From Candidatus Bathyarchaeota archaeon (lineage in GTDB: Archaea > Thermoproteota > Bathyarchaeia > Bathyarchaeales > Bathycorpusculaceae), in contig CAVZJV010000014.1 in assembly GCA_963775685.1 (NCBI GenBank), forward strand, positions 1,376,001 through 1,440,000: a stretch of 64,000 nucleotides of DNA, in the 5' to 3' direction. Positions 9,958 to 19,384 of this stretch are shown one piece after another; the stretch's first letter is position 1; each line of letters starts with the position of its first letter. The notes under the pieces were generated by a model. That model worked only from the letters and a program-made list of their open reading frames with translations. It did not search any database and was not told the DNA's origin. Both the position numbers and the translations under genes were made by a program.

Positions 9958-11033
9958 TTATTGACCTCGCAGATTTTATTCAGCCCTGTCTCGATTTGGT
10001 CGTCTGGAGCGGTTAGAGAAATGCGAAAGTGTTCAGGGTAGTTACCAAATGATGTGCCTGGAGCAACAGCAACGCCTTTGTCAAGTAGGTCTAGTGTGAA
10101 CTTTTCGCCGTCTAAACCTTCGAGCTTAGGAAACACATAAAATGGCGCGTCGGGTTTAGTGAATTTGAATCCTGCGGCGGAGAGTTTGGTACAGGCTAGG
10201 TCTGCGCGTTGTTTGTATTTTGCTTTGATGGCAGATGCAATTTGCTTGTGAAGTTCTAAGCCTTTAAGGGCGGCGTCCTGAATGAAGACTGGAATGTTGT
10301 TGATGGTGATTTGGTTGAGTTTGGTTATGTTATCTATGACCATTTTGTTTGCTACCAGGTAGCCGATGCGCCAACCAGTCATGGTGAAGGTCTTTGAGAA
10401 ACCGTTGGAGAGGATATGTTTGCATTCACCGTCGTAGTCGAGTATGCTTTTGGTTTTCACAAAGCTGATTGCTCCATAGACTTCGTCGGAGAGGATAGTA
10501 ACTCCTTTCTGGTTAGCTAATTCGACGACGCCGTCGAGAGTTTTGGAGTCCATGACTTTGCTTGTAGGATTGTTTGGGTTGTTGAGAATAATCATTTTTG
10601 TGTCTTTGTCAATTAAGCTCTCAAGCTTGTCGAGGTCAATTTTCCAACCTTCTGCCATTTCCGTCGGCAGCAGCTTGGTTTTCGCGCCAAGGCTCTTTGC
10701 GATTAAATCGTAAGCTGTCCAGTATGGCGTGGGGATGATAACGTTACCTCCGTTTTTGAGCATCAAAAACATCGTGGAGAATATTCCCCATTTAGAACCT
10801 GGCGTTATCACGACGTTTTCTGCTTCAACGCCGTGTACTTCAGCGATTTTCTGCCGTAGCCTAAGCTCACCATAAGAAGAGGCATACTTAGTTTTGCCTG
10901 CCTTCATTGAAGCGTATGCTGCTTCGACGATTTCAGGCGGCGTAGCCATATCTGGGTCACCAAGGTTTAGTCGAATGATTTTTTTTCCTTCACTTTCCAG
11001 TTTAAGGGCTTTCTCGTTTATCTCATAGAGCAT
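9954..11033 (-). CDS. PLP-dependent class I/II aminotransferase, probably the aromatic amino acid aminotransferase
   Basis: NNPNNPT, SDEVY and SKTFTMTGWRIG motifs. Start placed at ATG 11033 behind GGAGAG. Lies between chorismate mutase and tyrA. Confidence 0.88.
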   Translation of the reverse strand: MLYEINEKALKLESEGKKIIRLNLGDPDMATPPEIVEAAYASMKAGKTKYASSYGELRLRQKIAEVHGVEAENVVITPGSKWGIFSTMFLMLKNGGNVIIPTPYWTAYDLIAKSLGAKTKLLPTEMAEGWKIDLDKLESLIDKDTKMIILNNPNNPTSKVMDSKTLDGVVELANQKGVTILSDEVYGAISFVKTKSILDYDGECKHILSNGFSKTFTMTGWRIGYLVANKMVIDNITKLNQITINNIPVFIQDAALKGLELHKQIASAIKAKYKQRADLACTKLSAAGFKFTKPDAPFYVFPKLEGLDGEKFTLDLLDKGVAVAPGTSFGNYPEHFRISLTAPDDQIETGLNKICEVNK

Positions 11034-11061
11034 ACAGTTTGGACTCTCCGTTAGGAGCGCT

Positions 11062-11322
11062 TTATTCTTGAACGGCAATGCACATATTAACTATTTCGCG
11101 GTAAACCGCTTCTACTTGACTAGAATTAAGACCTAATTGGGAGGTTTTGTCTTTTACGCGCTTGTAAACATCATTTTCTCTAGACTTATCTCGAATGGGT
11201 TTACCCTGTTTTTTCTTGGCGGCCCCGATTGCTTTGCAAATCTTTACCCGTTCGCAGAGGGCAATTAGAATTTGGTTGTCGATTTCATCAACCTGTTTTC
11301 TTAGCAAGGGGATTTCGTTCAT
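11062..11322 (-). CDS. aroQ: Chorismate mutase (AroQ class)
   Basis: LRKQVDEIDNQILIALCER...IRDKSRE pattern; 86 aa; operon context. Confidence 0.92.
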   Translation of the reverse strand: MNEIPLLRKQVDEIDNQILIALCERVKICKAIGAAKKKQGKPIRDKSRENDVYKRVKDKTSQLGLNSSQVEAVYREIVNMCIAVQE

Positions 11323-11324
11323 GG

Positions 11325-12431
11325 TTAGTGCTCCTTGAGGACTTTTGGTATGTACCCAGCGCGGATGAGGTGGTCAGCTAAGGTTATGGCGGTTGCTGCT
11401 TCGATGGCGAGCACAGCTTTTGGAACCACACAAGGGTCGTGTCTACCTTTAACGCTTAGAGCGGAATTTTCCATCGTGCACATGTTAACGGTTTTCTGTT
11501 CCTTGGAAATGGAGGGTGTGGGTTTTATCGCTACTCTGATCAGGATTGGCATTCCGCTTGACAATCCGCCCAAGATGCCGCCTGCGTTCTCGGTTGAAGT
11601 GGCAACCTTGCCTTTTTTGATAAGGAAGGCGTCGTTGTTCTCTGACCCCCGCAACTTCGCAGCGTCAAAGCCAGCACCGAACTCGACACCTTTCACTGCA
11701 GGGACAGCAAACATCGCCTTTGCTAAATCTGCATCCAATGAGTCAAACGACGGCTCACCAATTCCAACAGGCATGTTGAGCGCTGCACATTCCACTATAC
11801 CGCCTAAACTGTCCCCTTCTTTTTTAGCTTCAACAATGGCTTCCTCCATCTTTCCTGCGCAAACTAAGTCAGGGCACCGAGTTGCAGCTAAATATCGATT
11901 TTTGCGGATTTCCGAAGTTCTAAACTTTCTATCAGTCTTGACGTTACCGATGGCTAAGGTGTATGCCAAAACATCAATGTTGTATCTTCCGAGCAGTTTT
12001 TTGGCTATTGTGCCAGCCATTATGAGTGCAACTGTGACTCTTCCTGAGAAGCGCCCTCCGCCACGGTGGTCGTTAAAGCCTCCGTATTTAATTCGCGCCG
12101 GATAATCAGAGTGCCCAGGTCTTGGCAAATCCTTTATTGCCTCATAATCGCTTGGCTGAGTTTCCTTATTCTCCACCATCAAGGCGATTGGAGCCCCAGT
12201 GGTGAATCCGTTGAAAAATCCACTTAGGATTTTGGCAACGTCTTTCTCGACTCGCTCAGAAACAATCTTGGACTCCGCTGGAATTCTGCGATCAAGGTCC
12301 TCCTGAAAATCAGCTTCCGAAAGCGGCAAGCCTGCTGGGCAGCCATCCACAACTACTCCGATTACTTTGCCATGGCTCTCCCCAAACGTGGCAACTGTGA
12401 ATTCTTTACCTATCGAATTTCCCGCCAACAA
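11325..12431 (-). CDS. aroC: Chorismate synthase
   Basis: TFGESHG, PRPGHSD, GGGRFSGR, KPTPSI and GRHDPC motifs. Confidence 0.97.
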   Translation of the reverse strand: MLAGNSIGKEFTVATFGESHGKVIGVVVDGCPAGLPLSEADFQEDLDRRIPAESKIVSERVEKDVAKILSGFFNGFTTGAPIALMVENKETQPSDYEAIKDLPRPGHSDYPARIKYGGFNDHRGGGRFSGRVTVALIMAGTIAKKLLGRYNIDVLAYTLAIGNVKTDRKFRTSEIRKNRYLAATRCPDLVCAGKMEEAIVEAKKEGDSLGGIVECAALNMPVGIGEPSFDSLDADLAKAMFAVPAVKGVEFGAGFDAAKLRGSENNDAFLIKKGKVATSTENAGGILGGLSSGMPILIRVAIKPTPSISKEQKTVNMCTMENSALSVKGRHDPCVVPKAVLAIEAATAITLADHLIRAGYIPKVLKEH

Positions 12432-13701
12432 CGTTAGCTCCTATTTGTCTTAGATGAGTGAAGAACTGCGGATAAGACTTTCTGACGCACTCTGCGTTTT
12501 GAATTGTGGTTTCTCCTTCGGCGCCTAAAGCGGCGATTGTGCATGCCATGGCGATTCGATGGTCGTTGTGTGGATCGATGGTTACTCCATGCAAGCGGTT
12601 GCTGCCCTCGATGAGTAAGCCGTCGTTTTCTAAGCCGATTTGAGCGCCCATCTTTGAGAGTTCAGCAAATAACGATTGGAGCCTATCTGACTCCTTGAAC
12701 CTAAGCCTTTGTGCGCCGAAAATGTGAGAAGTGCCTTTTGCGTAGCATGCGAGAGCGGCGATGGCTGGAACAAGGTCAGGAATGTTTTTGGCATCTACTT
12801 CTACGGGTGTAAGTGGAGTTCCTGAACCTTCAATTTCAACGTTGTCCACGCAGACTTTTCCGTTGACGCCCATGTGCTTTAAGGTGCCTATAATCGCTTT
12901 GTCTCCCTGAACGGTCTCGTAGTCAAGGTTGCTAATTTGAACATTCGAGGTAGTTATTGCTGCAGCGGCTAAGAGAAAAGCAGCGGAGGAGAAATCGCCT
13001 GGAACTCTGCCATCTTGGGGTGTGTAGGTTTGGTTCGCTGGGATATGAATGTGGTTTTCATGGGCAGGCACCCTAATTCCATGGTGAACAAGCACTGCCT
13101 CGGTCATTTTAACGTAATCTGCAGATTCCAACGGCGAAGTCAGCATTATTTCCGTGTCCACTTCGGCCATTGGACAAGCAAACATCAAGCCAGAAATAAA
13201 CTGTGAACTCACATCGCCCGCAACGGAAGTCTCGCCGCCAACAATGCCGCCGCCCTCCACAAAAACCGCGTCTTTGTCACCAAGTTTTCCAACGCGCACT
13301 TTGGCGCCGAGTTCTTTGAGGCTAGCTAAAAGTGGTTCCACAGGTCGCTTCTCAATAGAGCCCCTAAACACCAAAGTAGAAGAACCATCTGCCAGCGCAG
13401 CTACGGGAATCATGAAACGCAATGTTGCCCCTGACTCTCTGCAGTCAATTGGTTCTTTTGCGCTCTTAAGCGCTGTGCCTTCGATTGTCCAGCAACCTTC
13501 CGCAGTCTTGACTTTTGCCCCTAAAGCAGTGACTGCCCCAAGCGTGGCTTCGGTATCATCTGACAAAAGAGGATTAGAAACTTTTGAAACTCCATGGGAA
13601 AGTGCAGCGGCTATTACCATTCGTTGAGTATAAGACTTAGATGACGGCGCACAAACTTGCCCGCTTAACTTTTCAGTTTTTTTAATTGTTACATCTGTCA
13701 T
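12406..13701 (-). CDS. aroA: 3-phosphoshikimate 1-carboxyvinyltransferase (EPSP synthase)
   Basis: PSSKSYTQR, SSQFISG, RLRFKESDR, DHRIAM and KSYPQF motifs. Confidence 0.97.
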   Translation of the reverse strand: MTDVTIKKTEKLSGQVCAPSSKSYTQRMVIAAALSHGVSKVSNPLLSDDTEATLGAVTALGAKVKTAEGCWTIEGTALKSAKEPIDCRESGATLRFMIPVAALADGSSTLVFRGSIEKRPVEPLLASLKELGAKVRVGKLGDKDAVFVEGGGIVGGETSVAGDVSSQFISGLMFACPMAEVDTEIMLTSPLESADYVKMTEAVLVHHGIRVPAHENHIHIPANQTYTPQDGRVPGDFSSAAFLLAAAAITTSNVQISNLDYETVQGDKAIIGTLKHMGVNGKVCVDNVEIEGSGTPLTPVEVDAKNIPDLVPAIAALACYAKGTSHIFGAQRLRFKESDRLQSLFAELSKMGAQIGLENDGLLIEGSNRLHGVTIDPHNDHRIAMACTIAALGAEGETTIQNAECVRKSYPQFFTHLRQIGANVVGGKFDR

Positions 13702-13703
13702 TG

Positions 13704-14576
13704 TTAGAGCACCTTTGCTTTTTCACTGTTCAACTGTGCCTGAATTATTTCGCCGTCATACCTTTCCAAAGCAGCCTTCACTGCATCTAACTTGTCAGTT
13801 GGAACTACTGCGGAAACAGCAGGTCCTTTGCCGCAAAGCCCAGTCGCTACGGCTCCAGCAGCCAACGCATCTATCGCGATTGTGGTGTTGAGGTTTGAGG
13901 CTGAAGAGTAGATTAAACCGTTAAGCGTTAATGCCTCCCAAACTTTTCCTTCCAAAGCCTTGTCGAATGCGATTTGTACGAGCGGTTTAACAGTTTTGAG
14001 CCTGTTCACATTTGAGTCAGCCGTGTAGGCTTTTTGGGGTGGAACATGAAACAACACTGTTAAATCCTTAGGTAAGGGTAGCTGTTTGATGATTTCACGT
14101 TTGAAGTTATCGGTAATTACTATGCCGCCAAAATAGGATGCACACGCATCATCAAAAGCGCCAGTAACTGTGACCTTTGAATCAAAAGCAGCATCGACAC
14201 CCAACTTTACAATTTCCAAATCATCAAGAGGTTTGCCAAGTGCCGCCGTTGTTGCAAGTGCGGTGGCGTTTGCTGCTACGCTGCTGCTTTTAAGTCCTTT
14301 AGCGATTGGGATGTTTGATAGGGTTTTTATTTTTGCGCCAAAACTTTTGTCTAAACCAAACCTTTGCAGAACTCTTGCCGCGGTTTTTTCTATTAGGAGC
14401 GTGCTTTCTTTTGGGTCTGAAACTATCTCAGCCCTAATAACGCCTAGTTCATCCATTAAATTAACTTCAGCTCTGGTCCACAAATCAACCCCAAACGCTG
14501 CACCCTTACCCAGCGCAATCGCGTTCACGATGGTTGCAGCCCCATGAGCAATCGCTACACCTCTACCCGTTGCCAC
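13704..14576 (-). CDS. aroK: Archaeal shikimate kinase (GHMP family)
   Basis: GAATIVNAIA, PIAKGLKSSS and TVTGAFDDA motifs. Confidence 0.94.
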   Translation of the reverse strand: MATGRGVAIAHGAATIVNAIALGKGAAFGVDLWTRAEVNLMDELGVIRAEIVSDPKESTLLIEKTAARVLQRFGLDKSFGAKIKTLSNIPIAKGLKSSSVAANATALATTAALGKPLDDLEIVKLGVDAAFDSKVTVTGAFDDACASYFGGIVITDNFKREIIKQLPLPKDLTVLFHVPPQKAYTADSNVNRLKTVKPLVQIAFDKALEGKVWEALTLNGLIYSSASNLNTTIAIDALAAGAVATGLCGKGPAVSAVVPTDKLDAVKAALERYDGEIIQAQLNSEKAKVL

Positions 14577-14579
14577 AGT

Positions 14580-15437
14580 TTACACCTTCATCAAATAATT
14601 AAGCGCCGCCTGCCTCATAACTTCAACTGGAGCAGACTTACCTGTCCAAAGTTCAAACGACGCTGCACCTTGATAAATCAACATCTCAACCCCGCTGACC
14701 ACCTTAGCTCCCGCAGCTTTCGCCTCATTAACAAGTTTGGTCTCAAGCGGATTGTATACTATATCCATCACAGACAAATCCGGTCTTAAAAGTTTAGGAT
14801 TTACAAGGCTTTCGTCTGCTTTTGGTTTCATCCCAATTGAAGTAGCATTTATGAGAATGTCAGAGTCTTGGAGGTTCTGTTGGATTTCTTTTGGTGAAAG
14901 GGAACCTGCAACTATTTTTTTGTTCGCAGTCTTTTCAAGCAGTCTGGCTAATCCTTGAGCTTGTTTTACGGTTCGGTTCAGGACCGCGAGTTCATCGGCT
15001 TCTTTAGCCATCGTGTACGCTATGGCTCTTGCAGCTCCGCCTGCACCCAGCAACAGAACCTTTCTGCCCTTCGGCTCCACTCCATTTTCTCTTAGAGCTT
15101 TTAGGGCGCCTACGCCATCTGTGTTGAAGCCGAAAAGTTTGCTATCCTTATTTAGGATTGTATTGACCGAATTTATGATTTGAGCAGATAGGTCTGTTCG
15201 GTCTAAATACTTCAACACTGTACTTTTATGCGGCATAGTTACGTTTAAGCCCCGTAGGTTTAGGGCGCGCATGCCATTTACTGCGTTTTCCACTGCATTT
15301 AGCTTTACTTTGAAAGCTAAAAATGCATAGTCAAGGTTGAGAGCGTTAAAGGCTGCATTGTGTATAATGGGGCTCAAGGTATGCTCTATTGGGTCACCGA
15401 TGACTCCGCAAACCCTAGTTTTCCCCGTAATAGGCAT
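14580..15437 (-). CDS. aroE: Shikimate dehydrogenase
   Basis: HTLSP, NVTMPHK, NTDGVG, GAGGAARA, NATSIG and DIVYNP motifs. Confidence 0.97.
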   Translation of the reverse strand: MPITGKTRVCGVIGDPIEHTLSPIIHNAAFNALNLDYAFLAFKVKLNAVENAVNGMRALNLRGLNVTMPHKSTVLKYLDRTDLSAQIINSVNTILNKDSKLFGFNTDGVGALKALRENGVEPKGRKVLLLGAGGAARAIAYTMAKEADELAVLNRTVKQAQGLARLLEKTANKKIVAGSLSPKEIQQNLQDSDILINATSIGMKPKADESLVNPKLLRPDLSVMDIVYNPLETKLVNEAKAAGAKVVSGVEMLIYQGAASFELWTGKSAPVEVMRQAALNYLMKV

Positions 15438-16120
15438 TATTTTATCCCCAAAAGTCCATAAGCAGTGCGCATTTCGGTTATGCTCATCTGCCCAGCCGCG
15501 GTTTCACTGTCAGGCTCAACCGAGGCGAAAGTGAAGAAAGCGCCAAATGCAGGTGAAAGCAACCTTGAGATTTTGCCTTGATCGCCCATGCAGAAGCAAA
15601 CCAGCTTTGCCTTGGCTGAAGCAAAGGAAACAAAGTTCAGAATAGGCAGGTTGTCTTCAACTTGTTTTGCTGTGAGCACGATTTTGCAGACGCTCGCCCC
15701 GCTGGCAATCTCCTCGTCAAGGATCTTTTCCATGGTAGAAACTGCTAAAAGTCCATCATAATTATGATAAGAAACGATGGGTTTTGCCCCTAGAGCTCGT
15801 AGTTTTCCAATTGTTTCGTCCCGTTTAGGGCTGGAAAAATCAACATCCACATATTCGAAGCCATTTTTGGCCGCATCAATAAGGGTCTGTTGACGTTCAA
15901 TTTCGGTTCCTGAAAAGTAACCTTTTTCGTTTTTGAGTTTGTTTGTAGCGATAAAGGGCAGTTTTGTGCTTTTGGCGAAGTCTTGTAGGTTTCGTGATTC
16001 TTCGAGGTAATCGAGACGAACTTCTACGAGGTCTGCTTGGGAACTCTCTGCCTTCTCAATGAGCTTTAGCGCTTCCGCCATGTTTTTTGGGAGAATCGAA
16101 ACACAGATTCTCACAGTCAC
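15437..16120 (-). CDS. aroD: 3-dehydroquinate dehydratase type I
   Basis: EVRLD, SYHNY, KIV and CMGDQGKISRL motifs; position in the operon. Confidence 0.92.
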   Translation of the reverse strand: MTVRICVSILPKNMAEALKLIEKAESSQADLVEVRLDYLEESRNLQDFAKSTKLPFIATNKLKNEKGYFSGTEIERQQTLIDAAKNGFEYVDVDFSSPKRDETIGKLRALGAKPIVSYHNYDGLLAVSTMEKILDEEIASGASVCKIVLTAKQVEDNLPILNFVSFASAKAKLVCFCMGDQGKISRLLSPAFGAFFTFASVEPDSETAAGQMSITEMRTAYGLLGIK

Positions 16121-17157
16121 TTTTCAATCACCGTTTCTTCAGGCACAGATATGCCGAAGTGTCTTCCTCCCTTCGCAGCTAAATGCACAAGAACTTCATC
16201 GTTGGGTTTGAGTTCGGTAACTGGTTTTGAGCCTTTAGACGTGACTATGCGTATGGTTTCTGCATTCTGCAAGATAGTTTTAATTTTGGTGCCGTCGGCC
16301 TCGGCTTCGATGAGGATGAGTGGACGGAACTCGATTTTGGATCTACCCACGTTTGTGATTCGGACATTACCTTCTCGACTAACGATTAGAACTTCGTCAC
16401 CAGCTTTGAGTTCAGAGAGGTAGCGTGTACCCTGAATGGAGGTTAAGGTGTACTGAGATGCTGGTCCAGCGTTCACTCGGAAAGGCCTGGATTGCACGTA
16501 GGGGTTCTCGTTAACTTCAGCCTCAACAAGGAAGAACCCTGCGGATTGGCATCCGACAAGCATCCCTTCACCTGGAACCATCAAATCAACAGTGTCTACA
16601 CAGACGCGTGCACCTGAGCCGATGGGTTTAATGGACAAGATTTTGGCTGTGGTAATCGACATTTTGGGCATTTGATTCTTGACGAGCTTGATGGTTTTTT
16701 CCAGCTCAGCTACGTTTCTGGTCTTTAGCAAAACACCGTCTGTGCCCAATTCAAGAGCTTCCAAAACCAACTTAGCATCCTCAGCCGTGGTCACCTCTGC
16801 GATTAGGGTGCTTTTTCCTCTGCCTTTGGCTATGAGGTTTTCAAGCGGAATCACTCGCCAATCTTGACAGTTTATTATGACATAGTCAACGCCAAGTTCA
16901 GCGGCTTTGGCTGCCCTGTTTTCGTCTTCTTTACCTTGGATTATTACTTTTAAGGCTGTTTTTTTGCCCTCTACCTTTAGCTGGGCAATTTTTTTCTCGC
17001 TCAAGTCAGTGAGAAAAATAATTTCCATTTTGCCTTGGCGGTTGCTGGCTTGGTCGCCATCCAAGATCGCGTCTGCGTTTTCATGGGCAAGGCTAAGTAA
17101 ACCTTCCTTTTCTTGAGCGGAAGCATTTTGTGGAATTTCGAGCCAGAGTTCTTTCAA
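16117..17157 (-). CDS. aroB': 3-dehydroquinate synthase II (archaeal AroB')
   Basis: DWRVIPLENLIA, RVCVDT, RPFRVNAG, YLSELKAG, LQNAETI and GRHFG motifs. Confidence 0.95.
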   Translation of the reverse strand: MKELWLEIPQNASAQEKEGLLSLAHENADAILDGDQASNRQGKMEIIFLTDLSEKKIAQLKVEGKKTALKVIIQGKEDENRAAKAAELGVDYVIINCQDWRVIPLENLIAKGRGKSTLIAEVTTAEDAKLVLEALELGTDGVLLKTRNVAELEKTIKLVKNQMPKMSITTAKILSIKPIGSGARVCVDTVDLMVPGEGMLVGCQSAGFFLVEAEVNENPYVQSRPFRVNAGPASQYTLTSIQGTRYLSELKAGDEVLIVSREGNVRITNVGRSKIEFRPLILIEAEADGTKIKTILQNAETIRIVTSKGSKPVTELKPNDEVLVHLAAKGGRHFGISVPEETVIEK

Positions 17158-17945
17158 TATTTTTCACCAAAAATCTTTAGCGCTTGCTCAACAGATGCAC
17201 CTTTGTGGACAATGGCAGAGAGCGCTCTTGAAATTTGTGTTGGATTGTCGCATTGGAACATGTTACGTCCAATGGAAAGCCCTGCTGCACCTGCTTCCAA
17301 GGCGTCGCTGGTGGTTTGAAGCACTTCCTCTAGGGAATTGCATTTTGGTCCACCTGCAATAACAACTGGGATTGGGCAACTTTCGATGACTGCTTTGAAA
17401 GTTTCGATGCTTCCTGTGTAGTTTGTTTTGATTATGTCTGCGCCAAGTTCTGCGCCGATTCTCGCTGCATGCGCCACCAATTCGGGTGAATGTTCGTTTG
17501 GGATTTTTGGTCCACGCGGGTACATCATCGCTAAGAGAGGAACACCAAAGGCTTCGCATTCTTCGGCGACTTTGCCTAGGTTTTGTAGCATTTTATCTTC
17601 GTCTTGAGCGCCGACGTTGACATGAACGGATACTGCGTCTGCGCCGATGCGTATGGCTTCTTGCACGCTGCATACTTGGACCTTGCCGTTTACGTTGGGG
17701 CTAAGGTTTGACATGCCAGATAACATTACGATTAAGCCTGCGTCTCCGGTGTCGACTCGTTTGGCGATGCCTTTGTGGACAAGGATGGCATCAACTCCAC
17801 CTTTCACAAGCTGGTTGGTTATGGTTTGCATGTTAGTTATGCCTTGGATGGGCCCAACTGTTACACCATGATCCATAGGTACAATTACTGTGCGGTTGTC
17901 TTGCTGCATGATTTTTTTTAGTCTGCGGGTTTTGCCTTCATTCAT
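17154..17945 (-). CDS. aroA': 2-amino-3,7-dideoxy-D-threo-hept-6-ulosonate (ADH) synthase, DhnA-type aldolase
   Basis: VPMDHG, MMYPRG, ELGADIIKT, IAGGPK and GRN motifs; adjacent to DHQ synthase II. Confidence 0.92.
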   Translation of the reverse strand: MNEGKTRRLKKIMQQDNRTVIVPMDHGVTVGPIQGITNMQTITNQLVKGGVDAILVHKGIAKRVDTGDAGLIVMLSGMSNLSPNVNGKVQVCSVQEAIRIGADAVSVHVNVGAQDEDKMLQNLGKVAEECEAFGVPLLAMMYPRGPKIPNEHSPELVAHAARIGAELGADIIKTNYTGSIETFKAVIESCPIPVVIAGGPKCNSLEEVLQTTSDALEAGAAGLSIGRNMFQCDNPTQISRALSAIVHKGASVEQALKIFGEKY

Positions 17946-17957
17946 GTCTTTTCCACT

Positions 17958-19202
17958 CTAATGTTGTTTAAGTGAGTTTTTAATTAACTTTAATGCTTTC
18001 TCTTTCTCATTCCAATCTACAAACAGCAAAATGCTCGACGTAATAGTTAGGATGCCAGAGATGTTTATGCCGTTAAGGCGTAAATCCTCACTGATTTTGC
18101 CGATGATGCCATGCGTTTCCTCCAAGCCCACACCGCTGGTTTTGATGAAGACAAGGTCCTTTTTAACTGCCATAGCTATGGTTTCTTCGTTGCCGATAGT
18201 TATATTGTGGATTTGGTTGAAGAGGACATCGATATTTTTCACCTGCGGCACATAGAGAATGATTGAGTTTGTGTTCATAGACATGCCCAATAACATCGAG
18301 TTTTCCTTAACTCTCTCAACCATCTCGGTGATAACTTTAGTATTAGCAGACATACCGTTTCCGATAACGGTGATTTCCGCCACAGGGGTAGGATGAGCAA
18401 TTTCCGCGTCAAGTTCGGTGCCTAATCCACCGGTGATGATTGTCCCTGCACGACTCAAATCGCCATGAGCATTGCTGATGACTTTAACATCGATATCTTT
18501 TGGCTTGTATTTGAGAGCTTTACTGTGAATAAATTTTGCACCTGAATCTGCTAAGCCAACAAGCGTATTTACGTTGATTGTTGGGAGAAGTTTGGGCGAA
18601 GCAATTATTTTCGGGTCGCCAGACATTATGCCATCTGCATTCGTTACCAGCACAACTTGGTTTGCATTTAAGCCCTGTGCCAGCAAGAACGCAGTAGTGT
18701 CGCTTCCGCCTCTGCCAAGGGTAGTAATTTTGCCATCTTTCGTTTTGCCCACGAATCCAGCTATGACCGGTACGGTTCCTGCCTCAACAAGCGGAAGGAT
18801 GCATTCCTTAATATTTTTCTCGCATTCCTTGACAAGGGGGTTGGCGTTCTGGAACGAGTCATCAGTGATTATTGGCCACTTACTGTCCATGGGGTCAAAG
18901 TAACAAGCATCAACACCATTGTTCCGAAGAGCAGTCGCAAAGATTCGTACACTTGTGCGTTCACCCATCGACAAAATGTCATCTAACTCCTGTTTAGCTA
19001 ATTTTCCGTTCGAAGTGTTCTTTGCGGTAATCAATAGCACATCGGTTGTTTTCCCCATGGCTGAAACTGCTACAGCGATTTTTGTACCTTTTTTGGCTTC
19101 ATTCACCACTGCCTTGACCGCTTTTAGAAGTCTTTCGTGATCAGATAGGCTGGAGCCGCCAAATTTAACGACAATGGTTTGGTTAGAGGAATGTTTTGCC
19201 AT
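17958..19202 (-). CDS. Aspartate kinase, first gene of the aromatic operon, with divergent ACT domains
   Basis: VVKFGGSS, VSAMGKTTD, SMGER and TTLGRGGSD motifs. Start placed at ATG 19202 behind GGGTG; ATG 19217 is the alternative. Confidence 0.9.
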   Translation of the reverse strand: MAKHSSNQTIVVKFGGSSLSDHERLLKAVKAVVNEAKKGTKIAVAVSAMGKTTDVLLITAKNTSNGKLAKQELDDILSMGERTSVRIFATALRNNGVDACYFDPMDSKWPIITDDSFQNANPLVKECEKNIKECILPLVEAGTVPVIAGFVGKTKDGKITTLGRGGSDTTAFLLAQGLNANQVVLVTNADGIMSGDPKIIASPKLLPTINVNTLVGLADSGAKFIHSKALKYKPKDIDVKVISNAHGDLSRAGTIITGGLGTELDAEIAHPTPVAEITVIGNGMSANTKVITEMVERVKENSMLLGMSMNTNSIILYVPQVKNIDVLFNQIHNITIGNEETIAMAVKKDLVFIKTSGVGLEETHGIIGKISEDLRLNGINISGILTITSSILLFVDWNEKEKALKLIKNSLKQH

Positions 19203-19222
19203 ATGTTTTACACCCATGTTTT

Positions 19223-19260
19223 GCCCAGAACTTTTCTTAAAAATTTTTTCAGTTCTGGGC
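19223..19260 (-). promoter_or_regulatory. Leader RNA hairpin, 10-bp perfect stem
   Basis: GCCCAGAACT (N18, A/T-rich) AGTTCTGGGC. It starts at the base after the leader stop codon and ends 20 nt before the kinase ATG at 19202. Confidence 0.75.
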
Positions 19261-19347
19261 TTAAGGAAAATGGTAATAATAAAAGCAGTAATCGAAGCTC
19301 TGGAACGGCGCCGCATTGCCTGAGACTATGTTTTTTGCATTGAACAT
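19261..19347 (-). CDS. Phe/Tyr-rich leader peptide (candidate attenuator peptide), 28 aa
   Basis: ATG TTC AAT...TTC GAT TAC TGC TTT TAT TAT TAC CAT TTT CCT TAA gives MFNAKNIVSGNAAPFQSFDYCFYYYHFP. Eight of the last 14 codons are Phe or Tyr. It lies between the promoter and the aromatic operon. Confidence 0.78.
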   Translation of the reverse strand: MFNAKNIVSGNAAPFQSFDYCFYYYHFP

Positions 19348-19384
19348 TGTGCTTCGAAACCTGTTGAATGCTTCACCTCACAAA

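Noticed and set aside
19203-19316. N-terminal extension MRRRSRASITAFIITIF... on the aspartate kinase in the ORF track
   Set aside because: It does not resemble kinase sequence, overlaps the Phe/Tyr leader in another frame and spans the hairpin. A Shine-Dalgarno-like GGGTG precedes ATG 19202.
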